64,000 nt of DNA, from the NCBI GenBank assembly GCA_963745025.1, contig CAVUWD010000011.1, positions 1-64,000 of the forward strand, written 5' to 3'. The notes beneath the pieces were generated by a model. The model saw only the letters and a program-made list of their open reading frames with translations. It did not search any database and had not been told where the DNA came from. The first letter of the stretch is position 1. The number at the start of each line of letters is the position of its first letter. The DNA comes from an uncultured delta proteobacterium (GTDB lineage: Bacteria; Desulfobacterota; Binatia; JACPRU01). Shown in pieces: positions 21,119-31,179 of the stretch. The position numbers and the translations under genes were made by a program.

Positions 21119-21799
21119 ATGTCGAAGATCTTTTTCAAGCAGCTCCAGCTCGGCCCGATGCAGAACTTCGTTTACTTGGTGGGTGACCCGGCAACCCGTT
21201 CGCTGGCGGTCGTCGACCCCGCTTGGGAGATCGAGACCATCCTCGAGGAGGCGCGGCGCCACGACATGGAGATCACGCACCTGCTCGTGACCCATTTCCA
21301 TCCGGACCATCTCGGCGGCCGGATGATGGGTATGAGCGTTCGCGGCGCCACGGAGCTCCTCGCCGCGGGTGTCAAGGCGAAGGTCTACATCCACAAACAG
21401 GAAGCGCCGTACGTGAATCGCGTGACGGATCTGTCGGCCTCGGACCTTCAAACGGTCGAGGGCGGCGACGTGGTGAACGTCGGACAGGTCCCCGTCACGT
21501 TCATTCACACACCGGGGCACACTCCCGGATCCCAGTGCTTCCTCGTCGGCGATGCGCTCGTCTCCGGGGATACGCTGTTCATCGGCTCGTGCGGGCGGGT
21601 CGACCTACCGGGGAGCGATCCGAAGAAGCTCTACGAGAGCCTGCAGACGCTTGGCGAGCTACCCGAAGCCACGCGCCTCTATCCCGGTCACAACTACGCG
21701 AACGCACCCTCCTCGACGATCGGCGAGCAGAAGCGCCGAAACCCGTTCATGCGCTTCGACAGCGTGCAGAACTTTCTGTCGATGATGGGGTACGGGTGA
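21119..21799 (+). CDS. MBL-fold metallo-hydrolase (glyoxalase II-like)
   Basis: THFHPDHLGG, HTPGHTPGS, SGDTLFIGSCGRVDL, YPGHNY. Confidence 0.92.
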   Translation: MSKIFFKQLQLGPMQNFVYLVGDPATRSLAVVDPAWEIETILEEARRHDMEITHLLVTHFHPDHLGGRMMGMSVRGATELLAAGVKAKVYIHKQEAPYVNRVTDLSASDLQTVEGGDVVNVGQVPVTFIHTPGHTPGSQCFLVGDALVSGDTLFIGSCGRVDLPGSDPKKLYESLQTLGELPEATRLYPGHNYANAPSSTIGEQKRRNPFMRFDSVQNFLSMMGYG

Positions 21800-21803
21800 A
21801 GAG

Positions 21804-21884
21804 CGGCTTCCGGCTACCGGCTACCGGCTTTTGCAAGAGACTTCGGGTGCCGTTGCAGTAGCCGGGAGTCGGTAGCCGGTGGCC
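21804..21884. repeat. Heptamer-built intergenic inverted repeat, copy 3
   Basis: CGGCTTC (CGGCTAC)2 CGGCTT, a spacer, then GTAGCCG GGAGTCG GTAGCCG GTGGCC. Confidence 0.8.
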
Positions 21885-21898
21885 TCTCGAAGGCTGTC

Positions 21899-22462
21899 AT
21901 GGTCCCGAATCTGCGACGGGGCGACGCGCTCCTCATCGTCGACGTCCAAAACGACTTCTGCCCCGGAGGTTCCCTGGCAGTCCCGGAAGGGGATCGCGTC
22001 GTACCGGTGCTCAATCGGTGGATCGCCGCTGCAGTCGCGGCGGGCATCCCGGTGTACGCTTCGCGGTGCTGGCACCCGCGCGGCCACGTGAGCTTCCACG
22101 AGCGCGGCGGGCCGTGGCCCCCGCACTGCGTGCAGAATAGCCTCGGCGCGGCGTTTCATCCGGGGCTCCAGCTGCCCCCCGGCGCGCCGATCATCACCAA
22201 AGGCGCCGACCTCGACCACGACAGCTACTCCGACTTCTGCGAGACCGACCTGGCCGAGCAGCTGCGCCAAAACGGCGTGCGACGGATCTTCGTTGGCGGG
22301 CTCGCGCTCGATTATTGCGTGCGCGCCACCGTCCTCGACGGCCTGAAAGAAGGCTTCGAGGTTCATCTCATCCGAGCGGGCACCCGTGCGGTCGAGGTCG
22401 AGCCCGAAGACGGCGCCCGCGCGCTGGCGGAGGTCCGCGCGGCCGGCGCGGTGATCGAATGA
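21899..22462 (+). CDS. pncA: Nicotinamidase/pyrazinamidase
   Basis: VDVQNDFCPGGSL, WHPRGHVSF, WPPHCVQ, TKG, GLALDYCV. Confidence 0.92.
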   Translation: MVPNLRRGDALLIVDVQNDFCPGGSLAVPEGDRVVPVLNRWIAAAVAAGIPVYASRCWHPRGHVSFHERGGPWPPHCVQNSLGAAFHPGLQLPPGAPIITKGADLDHDSYSDFCETDLAEQLRQNGVRRIFVGGLALDYCVRATVLDGLKEGFEVHLIRAGTRAVEVEPEDGARALAEVRAAGAVIE

Positions 22463-22584
22463 CCTGGGCGGACGACTCGAAAGCGTCGCTGCTCGCCGAT
22501 CTCGACCAGCTCAAGATGCTCCAAGCCTACTTCGAGGAAGGAATGGACGAGCGCGCGACGTCGGAGGACTCCTCTATTCATTGA
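22459..22584 (+). pseudogene. pncB: N-terminal remnant of nicotinate phosphoribosyltransferase
   Basis: SLLADLDQLKMLQAYFEEGMDERATSE resembles the PncB start (LLTDLYQLTMLQAY..GM..A.FE); ATGA overlap with pncA; stops after 41 codons. Confidence 0.7.
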
Positions 22585-22621
22585 TCGCGAGATCCGTGTT
22601 GCCCTCCTCGAGTCGTGTTGC

Positions 22622-23014
22622 TCAGGGGCGCGTCTGCAATTTCGCGCGCGCCTCCAGCGAGCCGCTGCAGTTGGGACAGACGAACCGCAGAGCTGCCGCG
22701 CACTCGTCGCAGAAGGTGCACTGGAACGAGCAGGCATGACCGTCGCTCGCTAGCGACAGCGCCTTGCCACACTTCTCGCAGCCGTCCTTCGGCGTGCTCA
22801 TCGACCGAAGGAGCCCGCCGTTTCGCTCCTCGTCCTCGGCGGCCTTGAGGAATGCTTCCCGCGCCTTGACGTTCGCTTCGTCGGCCGCGAGCGCTCGGTA
22901 GAGTCCACCGCCCGCGGCTTCGAGGCGCCCGAGGAGCGCGATGCGCTCGAGACGGGTCAATCCCTCGAAAAGAGCTGCCATCGCCTGCTCCGGTTCTACG
23001 GCTCTGCGATTCAC
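22622..23014 (-). CDS. Half ferritin/rubrerythrin-like helical hairpin fused to a DUF1272-like Cys-rich domain
   Basis: LEAAGGGLYRALA..AEDEERN followed by CEKC..CSFQCTFCDEC..CPNCSGSL; GGGAGG RBS before the GTG at 23014. Confidence 0.7.
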   Translation of the reverse strand: MNRRAVEPEQAMAALFEGLTRLERIALLGRLEAAGGGLYRALAADEANVKAREAFLKAAEDEERNGGLLRSMSTPKDGCEKCGKALSLASDGHACSFQCTFCDECAAALRFVCPNCSGSLEARAKLQTRP

Positions 23015-23334
23015 GATCTCTCCCTCCCATGCTCTGCGGCGATTCGAACCATCGCGCCGCTCTGCCGCGTATTCCGATCGACTCGCGCCAATTGCATTGA
23101 TGACGATACTGGTGGTTCTGCCATAGGGCCACCTTATTCTCATCTAGTAGAGCCGTCATTCTGGAGAAACCCGGCGTACGGGAGGACCGAGCTTTTCTTC
23201 GTTCTGACTGCGTGTTCGAAGACGCAACCGGAGGTTCGAGCAGGAGAGCCGCGGCGCAGGATGCTCGAGCGAGGCAGCGCGCCGCTGCCGCCAGCTCGAT
23301 CCGCGCTGCCGCAAGGGTCGGAGCCGAACCGGCG

Positions 23335-24207
23335 TTACGAGATCTTGTACTCGATCGCCGGACCGTCGGGCCGGCCGAGCGAGATTTCTCCGCTGCCGTC
23401 GAGCATGAACTCTTCCCGGTGGAGGTGCCGCGGCTTGCCGACCTGCGGGCGCACGTACGTCCCGTTGGTCGAGTGATCGATCAGGTAGATGGTGCCCTTC
23501 CGGCGAACGAACTCGGCGTGCTCGCGCGACACGGCACCGTCGTCGACGACGAGATCGTTGCCCGAGATCCGCCCCACCGTCAGCCGAGCCTGCGCCGCAC
23601 CCATCTCCGCCACCGTGCCTTGGAAGAACACGGCGAGCAGCGCCTCTTCGCGCAGCGCCGAGCGCGTGAACAGCACCGTCGCCCCTTCGAGCTTCCACAT
23701 GACCTCGTAGAGCTCGACCTCGTCTTCCTTCCCGCGCAGCGGGAACAAGCCCACGCGGCGAATCTGCGCCTGCGTGCCGGGCGGCAGATTGTCGATGACT
23801 TCCTTCGTCACGTAGACTTGATCCGGACCGGCCACGTGCTGCACGCGCGCCGCCACGTTGACCGTGTCGCCGAAGACGTCGCCGTCGCCGCGCACGACGA
23901 CCGGCCCGACGCTGACTCCCGAGTGGATGCGCACGCGGGCGCCTTCGGGACGCGTCGCGTTGTCATCCGCGAGCGAGGTGTGCACGGCGGCCGCCGCGTC
24001 GACCGCGTCAACCGGGCCTTCGAACACGGCGAGGAAACCATCCCCCATGTACTTCACGATCCGCCCGCGGCGCTTTTCGACCTCGGGGACGATGACCTTG
24101 AAGCAACGCTCGACCATCGCGTGACCCGCGACTTCGCCGTAGCGGTCGAAGAAGGCCGTACTTCCGCTGACGTCGACGAACAGTACGGCTACCTTCTTCG
24201 GGTCCAT
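23335..24207 (-). CDS. Class III adenylate cyclase with C-terminal FHA domain
   Basis: LFVDVSGST, VKYMGDG, DVFGDTVNVAARV; FHA motifs VGR, VSREHA, STNGTY. Confidence 0.92.
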   Translation of the reverse strand: MDPKKVAVLFVDVSGSTAFFDRYGEVAGHAMVERCFKVIVPEVEKRRGRIVKYMGDGFLAVFEGPVDAVDAAAAVHTSLADDNATRPEGARVRIHSGVSVGPVVVRGDGDVFGDTVNVAARVQHVAGPDQVYVTKEVIDNLPPGTQAQIRRVGLFPLRGKEDEVELYEVMWKLEGATVLFTRSALREEALLAVFFQGTVAEMGAAQARLTVGRISGNDLVVDDGAVSREHAEFVRRKGTIYLIDHSTNGTYVRPQVGKPRHLHREEFMLDGSGEISLGRPDGPAIEYKIS

Positions 24208-24221
24208 CTCCCAGGCGGAGG

Positions 24222-25872
24222 TTACTCGCTGAGCAGGCCGCGGGCAATCACCTTGAGCTCGAGGATCGGCTTCACGCCCTCGAAGATCGGCAGCACCAGC
24301 GAGTCGACGACGTAGCGACAGATCGAGAACTCTTCGGCGAAGCCCCACCCTCCGTGCAGGAGCTGTCCTTCCTGGGTCACGCGCTGGGCCACGTCGGAAG
24401 CGAAGAGCTTCGCCATGGCCGCCTCGAGCGTCGCCGATTCCGACTCGTCCATGATGCGCGCGGCGGCGTAGGTCAGCTGACGTGCGGCGGCGATGTCCAC
24501 CGCCATCTGCCCGAGCTTCCACTGCGTGAGTTGGAAGTCGCCGATCGGTCGGCCGAACTGCTTTCGCTCGGTCACGTAGGCGGCGGTCTTCTCGAGCGCC
24601 GCCTGCGCGACGCCCGAAGCGCGACCGCCCGTCTGCAGCCGCCCGGCGGCAAAGCCGGCCATCTGCAGGTAGAAGCCCCTGCCCTTCCCCGCGTCACCGC
24701 CGATCAGGTTCTCGGCGGGAACGAAATAGTTCTCGAAGCCGAGCGTATAGGAATGCATGCCTCGATAACCGGGTGTGTGATCGGCCTTGCCGTGAATGGC
24801 TCCGCCGCTCGGCTGAAGCATCTCGAACTCGTGTCCGGTGAAGGGATCCTTTTCGACGATGAGGAGCGAAAGGCCGCGGGCGCCGCTCGATGGATTCGGA
24901 TCGGTGCGCGCGAGCAGTGCGATCACGTCCGCGCGGCCCGCGAACGTGCACCATGCCTTCGCGCCCGTTGATGATCCAGCCCTTCCGCCCGCCGACCTCC
25001 GCAGGCTCGGCGCGGCACTTCACGGAAGCCACGTCGGAGCCGGTGTCGGGCTCGGTAACCGAGATCGCCACCATGAGCTCGCCCGAGGCGATGCGCGGAA
25101 GCCAGGCCTTCTTCTGCTCCGGGGTACCGCCCTGGAGCAGCGCTTTGGTGAGGATCTCTGGCCGCGTAATGAGGCTCCCGGCCGCGGCGAGCGAAGCGGC
25201 GGACAGCTCCTCGGTGGTGATGATCATCACCAGGTTGCCCATGCCGCCCCCGCCGTACTCCTCGGGCACCGACATCCCGAAGTAGCCGAGCTCGGCCATT
25301 TTTCGGATCAGCTCCTCGGGGACGAGTTCGTCCTGCTGGTGAATTCGCTGCGCGATCGGCTCGACCTCGGTCTTGGCAAAGTTGCGCACCGACTCACGGG
25401 ACAGGCGCTCCAACTCTCCGGGCAGCCAGCATTGATTGACCCCGCCGGCGGCGATCACCCGACGGCCGAGCGCCCGCACGCGTTCCTCCGACGCGGCGGC
25501 GCGAACGAGCGCGCGCACCTCGACCGAGTCGAGCGTGTCGTCGAGGAACGCTTCCTTGAAGCCGAAGGTTTCGAGATGCGTCGACACCTGCGCGCGACAG
25601 CGCGCCACCACGTTGGCGGCGAAGATTCCCGCCGCCTCGGCGCCGAGCGGGTCGTCGGCGCCTTCGCCCGCCACGGCGGCCGCGTAATCGGCGAGTGCCT
25701 TGGCGGCGCGGAGCTCGGTCGCGAGATAGCTCACGCGCTCGCTGTGCACCTGATGGTCGTCGATCGCCTTGCCATGGTCGGTCGTCTTGCGGGCGTTTTC
25801 GAGAGCGGCGTCAACGACGCGCTCGAGGGCCGAGATCAGCGTGGTGGCTTCGGAGTGCGGTCGATCCTTCAT
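24222..25872 (-). CDS. mcd: Acyl-CoA dehydrogenase, probably (2S)-methylsuccinyl-CoA dehydrogenase (one frameshift near 24960)
   Basis: About 550 aa with the Mcd-like N-terminal extension (HQ..SYLATEL), GSLITRPEI, TEPDTGSD, LLARTDP, GYRGMHSY, RLQTGGRA; ecm and mcl are nearby. Confidence 0.78.
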
Positions 25873-26101
25873 CGGCTTCCCTTGGCGGCAGAGAGCTGGA
25901 AAGGAGAGGCTTCTACCAGCAAGGAGGAGTCAAGAAAAGCGCGCTCGCCGCCGTCTCGCGGTAGTGCGGCGAGTCGCTCGACCGGAAGGACCCCGCAGCG
26001 GCTGAGAGGGGCGCCCAGCGAGCCGCGGCGCGGGCTACGACGACGAGAGGAACCCGCGTGAATTTCGGATCGAAGGGGTATCGGGGGAATTTCGAATCGG
26101 A

Positions 26102-26950
26102 CTAAGCTGCGGGCGGAGCGAAATTTCGGCTCTTCAGCGTATCCCGGACATCGGGTGAGCTCGCGTAGTCGATGAACGCCTTCGCCTGCTTCTCCGGCTC
26201 ACTCTTCGTGAGCAGCGATACGTCATAGAGAATCGGCACCTTGCCAGCGGCGACGTTCTCTACCGTAGGGTCGATTCCGCCGAAGCCGATCAGCTTGACC
26301 GGCTTGCCGTCGGCCTTCGCGCCGAGCGCCACCGCGATGGAGGTGTACGTCACCGCTTCGGGCTTGCTCGACAGACGCTTCACGGCCTCGGCATCGCTGC
26401 TGATCACGATGTCGGCGTATTTGATGTCGCTGGTCGAGAGCTTCAGGTACTCGACGAAGAGGCCGAGCGTGGTCCGAACCTCGGCGTGGTTGATGACGGT
26501 GATCGGCGCATCTTTGCCGCCGACGTCCTTCCAGTTTGTGATCTTGCCCGTGAAGATCCCGGCGATCTGTGCGTCGCTGAGAGCGCTCACGGGATTCTCC
26601 GCGTGGACGATCATCGTGAGGCCGTCGCGTGCGATCGGCCGGGCAACGAGATTCTCCTCGGGCGAGGGGCGTCGCGTCGACACTCCCACGTCCACCGTAC
26701 CTTGGCGGGTGTAGTTGATCGCAAACAGCGAGCTGCTCTCCTCGAGATCCACGGACACCCCGGGTTGTTTTCGGCGGAACGTGTCGGCAATCGGTGCGAC
26801 GATCAGCATCCCAGTCTCGTCGCCGAAAACCTTGAGACGTCCGGCGAGCGCCGGCTCTCCCCCGCCGCCGTGGCAGCCGACGAGCGTGAGAACGACCGCC
26901 GAGATCGAGAGAAGACGATGATTCAGGTGCCCGTGCAAGGTGGCCGACAC
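26102..26950 (-). CDS. PstS-like periplasmic binding lipoprotein (orphan)
   Basis: Lipobox LVGC, DVGVSTR, IARDGLTMIVH, IFTGKITNWKDVGG; no pstCAB nearby. Confidence 0.8.
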   Translation of the reverse strand: MSATLHGHLNHRLLSISAVVLTLVGCHGGGGEPALAGRLKVFGDETGMLIVAPIADTFRRKQPGVSVDLEESSSLFAINYTRQGTVDVGVSTRRPSPEENLVARPIARDGLTMIVHAENPVSALSDAQIAGIFTGKITNWKDVGGKDAPITVINHAEVRTTLGLFVEYLKLSTSDIKYADIVISSDAEAVKRLSSKPEAVTYTSIAVALGAKADGKPVKLIGFGGIDPTVENVAAGKVPILYDVSLLTKSEPEKQAKAFIDYASSPDVRDTLKSRNFAPPAA

Positions 26951-27048
26951 TTGCCTCCCCCGAGCGAACGCTCACGCGGAATTACATCGGAGGGCGGGTG
27001 GAAGTCAAAGCGCTGCGTGGTGTCCGCGGAGTGCGGTACGAGCGAGGG

Positions 27049-28119
27049 CTACCGCCTGGCTTCGCCCTGGTCGAACTCGTATGCCCGCGCGAGCTCCGGA
27101 TCCTCCTCCGCTAGCCGCTTGGCGAGGTCGACCATGACACGGCACTGTTTGAACGTCGCGTCGTCCTGCATCTTGCCGTCGAGCATCACCGCACCCGTGC
27201 CGTCGCCCATCGCGGCGATCACCTTCTTCGCCCACAGCACCTCGGCGGCCGGCGGGCTGAAGACCCGCTTGGCGATCCCGATCTGCACCGGGTGTAGGCT
27301 CCAGGCGCCGACGCAGCCCATCAGGAACGCGTTGCGGAACTGGTCCTCGCACGCCACCGTGTCTTGGATGTCTCCGAAGGGACCGTAGTAGGGCAGGATG
27401 CCGTTCGCCGTGCACGCATCCACCATGCGCGCCATCGTGTAGTGCCAGAGATCTTGCTGGGCGGTCGGTCGGGGCCTGCTGGGGTCGTCGGGATCCGGAT
27501 CGGTGCGAACCACATATCCGGGATGCCCGCCGCCCACCCTCGTCGTCTTCATGCGCCTCGATGCGGCGAGATCGGCGGGCCCGAGCGACAGGCCCTGCAT
27601 GCGCGGGCTCGCCGCGCAGATCTCTTCCACGTTGGCAACACCGGTCGGCGTTTCCAGGATCGCGTGCAGCAGCAGCGGCTTCTTCAAGCGGGCCTTGGCT
27701 TCGAGCTGCGCCAGCAAGCGGTCGACGTAGTGAATGTCGGCGGCGCCCTCGACCTTGGGGATCATCACCACCTCGAGCTTGTCGCCGATCTCGGTGACGA
27801 TGCGGATGATGTCGTCCAGCATCCAGGGCGAGTCGAGGCTGTTCACGCGCGTCCAAAGCTGGCACTTGCCGAAGCTCACCTCCCGGGCGATGCGCACCAG
27901 CCCCTCGCGAGCCTCCACCTTCTTGTCCGCGGCGATCGCATCCTCCAAGTTGCCGAGTAGGACGTCGCACTGCCGGGCGAGCTCCGGCACCTTGGACACC
28001 ATCTTGGGGTTGCTGGGATCGAAGAAGTGGATCATCCGTGACGGTCGGAACGGGATCTCCCGCAGCGGTTCGGGTGCTCCGATGGCCAGGGGCTTGAAGA
28101 AATCCTTCGCACTGCGCAT
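27049..28119 (-). CDS. mcl: L-malyl-CoA/beta-methylmalyl-CoA lyase, Chloroflexus type
   Basis: [73 protein letters not shown] closely follow Chloroflexus aurantiacus Mcl as recalled. Confidence 0.88.
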   Translation of the reverse strand: MRSAKDFFKPLAIGAPEPLREIPFRPSRMIHFFDPSNPKMVSKVPELARQCDVLLGNLEDAIAADKKVEAREGLVRIAREVSFGKCQLWTRVNSLDSPWMLDDIIRIVTEIGDKLEVVMIPKVEGAADIHYVDRLLAQLEAKARLKKPLLLHAILETPTGVANVEEICAASPRMQGLSLGPADLAASRRMKTTRVGGGHPGYVVRTDPDPDDPSRPRPTAQQDLWHYTMARMVDACTANGILPYYGPFGDIQDTVACEDQFRNAFLMGCVGAWSLHPVQIGIAKRVFSPPAAEVLWAKKVIAAMGDGTGAVMLDGKMQDDATFKQCRVMVDLAKRLAEEDPELARAYEFDQGEARR

Positions 28120-28162
28120 GGGTTGACTCCTCGTAGGTCTAGCGGGCGGCGAGGACAATACC

Positions 28163-29017
28163 ATGGCGACAGAGAACGTCGAGCCGAGGCCTTCGCGGCG
28201 TTCGCTGCTGTTCGTTCCCGGTGCCGAGCCCCGCAAGCTCGAGCGCGCGGCCGAAGCAGGCGCGGATGCTCTGGTGCTCGATCTGGAGGACTCGGTCGCG
28301 CCTGAGCAGAAGCCCGAGGCGCGCCGGCTCGTCGCCGACGCGTTGCGCACGCGCCGCTTCGCCGACGTAGAGGTCGTCGTGCGCGTCAATGCTCCGGGGA
28401 CTGCCGACTTCGAGGCGGACCTCGAAGCGGTGATCGGCGCCGGCGGGCGGCGGATCATGCTGCCGAAATGCGAGAGCCCCGAACCGATGCGCGCGCTGCC
28501 CGACGGCGTAATGGTTCTCGCCCTCGTGGAAACCCCCGCCGGGATCGTCAACGCCGTCGCGATCGCGGGGGCGACGCCGAGAATCGAGGCGCTCTGCTTT
28601 GGTCCCGCGGACTTCGCGTTCGAGATGGGCCTGCGCGAGACCGATGCCTCGCGCGGGATCCTCTATCATGCACGCTGCATGCTCGTGATCGCCGCCAAGG
28701 CGTCGTCCGTCGCGCCCATCGACAGCGTGCATCTCGCCGTGAAGGACGAGAAGGCCTTTCGTGAGGATGCCGAGGTCGGCCTTCGGCTCGGCTTCGAGGG
28801 CAAGCTCTGCATCCATCCGCGGCAGGTCGAGATCGTCAACCAGGTCTACACGCCGACCGCCGAGGAGATGGATCACGCCGCGCGGATCCTGGAGGCCGCC
28901 GAGCGCGCCCGGGCGGAGGGCCGCGGCGTCTTCACGCTCGACGGCAAGATGATCGACGCTCCCGCAATCGCCGCCGCGCGGCGAACCCTCGGACGCACGC
29001 GGAGCGGTCTGTTGTAA
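28163..29017 (+). CDS. CitE-family CoA ester lyase/thioesterase (possibly malyl-CoA thioesterase)
   Basis: [56 protein letters not shown]. Confidence 0.88.
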   Translation: MATENVEPRPSRRSLLFVPGAEPRKLERAAEAGADALVLDLEDSVAPEQKPEARRLVADALRTRRFADVEVVVRVNAPGTADFEADLEAVIGAGGRRIMLPKCESPEPMRALPDGVMVLALVETPAGIVNAVAIAGATPRIEALCFGPADFAFEMGLRETDASRGILYHARCMLVIAAKASSVAPIDSVHLAVKDEKAFREDAEVGLRLGFEGKLCIHPRQVEIVNQVYTPTAEEMDHAARILEAAERARAEGRGVFTLDGKMIDAPAIAAARRTLGRTRSGLL

Positions 29018-29048
29018 TTCGTCTCGGAGAAACGCTAGAGGAGCGCCC

Positions 29049-30248
29049 ATGCATTTCTACGAATTCGAGGCGAAACGGGTTCTGGCCAAGCACGGCATCC
29101 CGATCCCGCAGAGCGCATCGGCCGAGACGCCCGCGGAGGTCGAGCGCGCGGCGTCCGAGATCGGCTTTCCCGTCGTTCTGAAAGCCCAGGTCCTCTCCCG
29201 CGGCCTCGCCCAAACCAGCGGCGTGAAGCCGGTCGCAGGTCCTGCCGAGGCACGTCAGGCGGCGGAGGCGCTCCTCCAGCTCGACGACGGACGTCGCAAG
29301 CCGAAGAGCATTCTCGTCGAGAAGAGAATCGCCGGCTCGAAGGAATACTCGCTGGCGGTCACCTACGACGGCGCCCGCAAGCTGCCGGTGATGGCCGCGG
29401 CCGATCGGGGCGGCAGCATCGACGAGATCGCGGAGAAGCATCCGGATCGTGTCGCCAGACGCCACTTCTCGGCTCTCCTGCCCTTTTCCGACTACCTCGC
29501 GAAGGAGCTCGTGCACGCGCTCGGCCTGAAGGGCGCCGACCTCACCGCCGTGACGGCGATCGTTTCGCGACTCGCGCAGCTCTTTCTCAAGTACGACCTC
29601 ACACAGGCCGACATCCCGTCACTCGTGAAGCTCGACGACGGCAAGTTCGTCGCCGTCGACTGCTATCTCGACATGGAAGTGGAAGGGCGAAGACGGCAGA
29701 AGGCGATCCTCGACGAGCTCGGCATTCGGGCCGACGACGCGCGCGCGGTACGCGAACCGACTCCGTTCGAGCTCGAGGCGGCGAAGATCGATGCCGAGGA
29801 TCCGCGGGGCGTCGCGGGCCCGGTGGTCGAGTTCGACGGCAACATCGGTTTGGTGATCGGCGCCGGCGGCGGATCGCTCACGCTCACCGACGCCGTGCGC
29901 AAGCACGGAGGCCGGCCGGCAAATTACGCCGCGCTCGGCGGCAACCCGAGCGTGAAGAAGGCCGAACGCCTGACCAAGCTCATTCTCTCGAAGCCGGGCG
30001 TCGAGAAGATCGCGGTGATGTCGAACGTGGTGTCGAACACGCGCGCGGATCTCGTCGCCCGCGGCGTCATCAAGGGAGTCATCGAGTCGGGCCGCGACCC
30101 CGCCAAGACGATCGCCATCTTTCGAGTCCCCGGAGCGTGGGAAGCGGACGCTCTCAAGATCCTGAAGAAATACGGCGTCGAGTACTGCGATCGCACCGTG
30201 TCGATCAGCGAGGCGGCCAAACGAGCGGTCGAGAAGATCGGGCGCTGA
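29049..30248 (+). CDS. Divergent ADP-forming acyl-CoA ligase beta subunit (SucC/MtkA-like)
   Basis: EFEAKRVLAKHGIP, VVLKAQV, DGNIGL, PANY..LGG; several ATP-grasp motifs are non-canonical. Confidence 0.82.
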   Translation: MHFYEFEAKRVLAKHGIPIPQSASAETPAEVERAASEIGFPVVLKAQVLSRGLAQTSGVKPVAGPAEARQAAEALLQLDDGRRKPKSILVEKRIAGSKEYSLAVTYDGARKLPVMAAADRGGSIDEIAEKHPDRVARRHFSALLPFSDYLAKELVHALGLKGADLTAVTAIVSRLAQLFLKYDLTQADIPSLVKLDDGKFVAVDCYLDMEVEGRRRQKAILDELGIRADDARAVREPTPFELEAAKIDAEDPRGVAGPVVEFDGNIGLVIGAGGGSLTLTDAVRKHGGRPANYAALGGNPSVKKAERLTKLILSKPGVEKIAVMSNVVSNTRADLVARGVIKGVIESGRDPAKTIAIFRVPGAWEADALKILKKYGVEYCDRTVSISEAAKRAVEKIGR

Positions 30249-30259
30249 GGGATTCCGAT

Positions 30260-31177
30260 ATGGGCGTCATCGTTCACAAGGATTTCACGTTCATCGTGCA
30301 GGGGATCACCGGCCGAGAGGCGCTCAACTTCACGCGCGAATGCCTGCAGTACGGGTCGAAGATCGTCGGCGGCGTCACGCCCGGCAGAGGCGGCCGGGAA
30401 GTCTACGGGGTCCCCGTCTACGACACGGTTCGGGAGATCACTTCGAGCCGGAAGGTGGACGGCGCGGTCGTCACCGTGCCGCTTGCCTTCGCGCCCGATG
30501 CCGCGTTCGAGGCGATCGACGCGGGCATCAAGGAGATCGTCATCATCACCGAGGGGATTCCGCGCAGAGACGCATCGCAGATCATGGAGTACGCGAACCT
30601 GCGCGGGGCCCGGGTCATCGGGCCCAACTGCCTCGGCGTCATCACGCCGGACGTCTGTCGCTTCGGCAGCCTCGGCGGACCCGCCGTCGACTGCCGCAAG
30701 GCATTCAAGCCGGGCATCGTCGGCGTCATGTCGCGCTCGGGAGGAATGACGACGGAGATCTGTAATGCGCTCTCGGCGGCCGGCCTCGGCGAGAGCACCG
30801 CGATCTCGATCGGCGGCGACCCGGTGATCGGCTCCACCTACGCCGAGCTCATGCCGCTGTTCGAGGCGGACCCGGACACCAAGGCGATCGTGATCTACTC
30901 CGAGCCGGGCGGAACCGCGGAAGCGGAGCTCGCGCGCTGGGCGAAGGAGAACGAGAGCCGCCTGCCGATCGTCGCGTTCGTCGCGGGCCGCTTCATGGAC
31001 GAGATGCCGGGGATGAGCTTCGGTCACGCCGGCACCGTGGTCGAGAAGAAAGTCGATTCGCCGGCCGACAAGATCCGGCGCATGAGGGAAGCCGGAATCT
31101 CCGTTGCCGAAGAGATCGGCGACATTCCCCGACTCGTGAAGGAGCGTCTGAACGGCGCCCGCCCGGCAGGAGCTTGA
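30260..31177 (+). CDS. ADP-forming acyl-CoA ligase alpha subunit (SucD/MtkB-like)
   Basis: VQGITGRE, GGVTPGRGG, ITEGIP, IGPNCLG, SRSGG, IGGDP and phospho-His motif FGHAG. Confidence 0.9.
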   Translation: MGVIVHKDFTFIVQGITGREALNFTRECLQYGSKIVGGVTPGRGGREVYGVPVYDTVREITSSRKVDGAVVTVPLAFAPDAAFEAIDAGIKEIVIITEGIPRRDASQIMEYANLRGARVIGPNCLGVITPDVCRFGSLGGPAVDCRKAFKPGIVGVMSRSGGMTTEICNALSAAGLGESTAISIGGDPVIGSTYAELMPLFEADPDTKAIVIYSEPGGTAEAELARWAKENESRLPIVAFVAGRFMDEMPGMSFGHAGTVVEKKVDSPADKIRRMREAGISVAEEIGDIPRLVKERLNGARPAGA

Positions 31178-31179
31178 CC

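Noticed and set aside
23125-23150. Fur-like box upstream of the ferritin-like/DUF1272 gene
   Set aside because: Only a half-site (TGAGAAT) with no dyad partner
25873-26101. Riboswitch (glycine or cobalamin) upstream of mcd
   Set aside because: GC-rich hairpins are present but I could not find the conserved cores; an Rfam/Infernal search would be needed
27049-28119. Autotrophic 3-hydroxypropionate bicycle inferred from the Chloroflexus-type Mcl
   Set aside because: No malonyl-CoA reductase or propionyl-CoA synthase in the window; ecm and mcd point to the ethylmalonyl-CoA pathway
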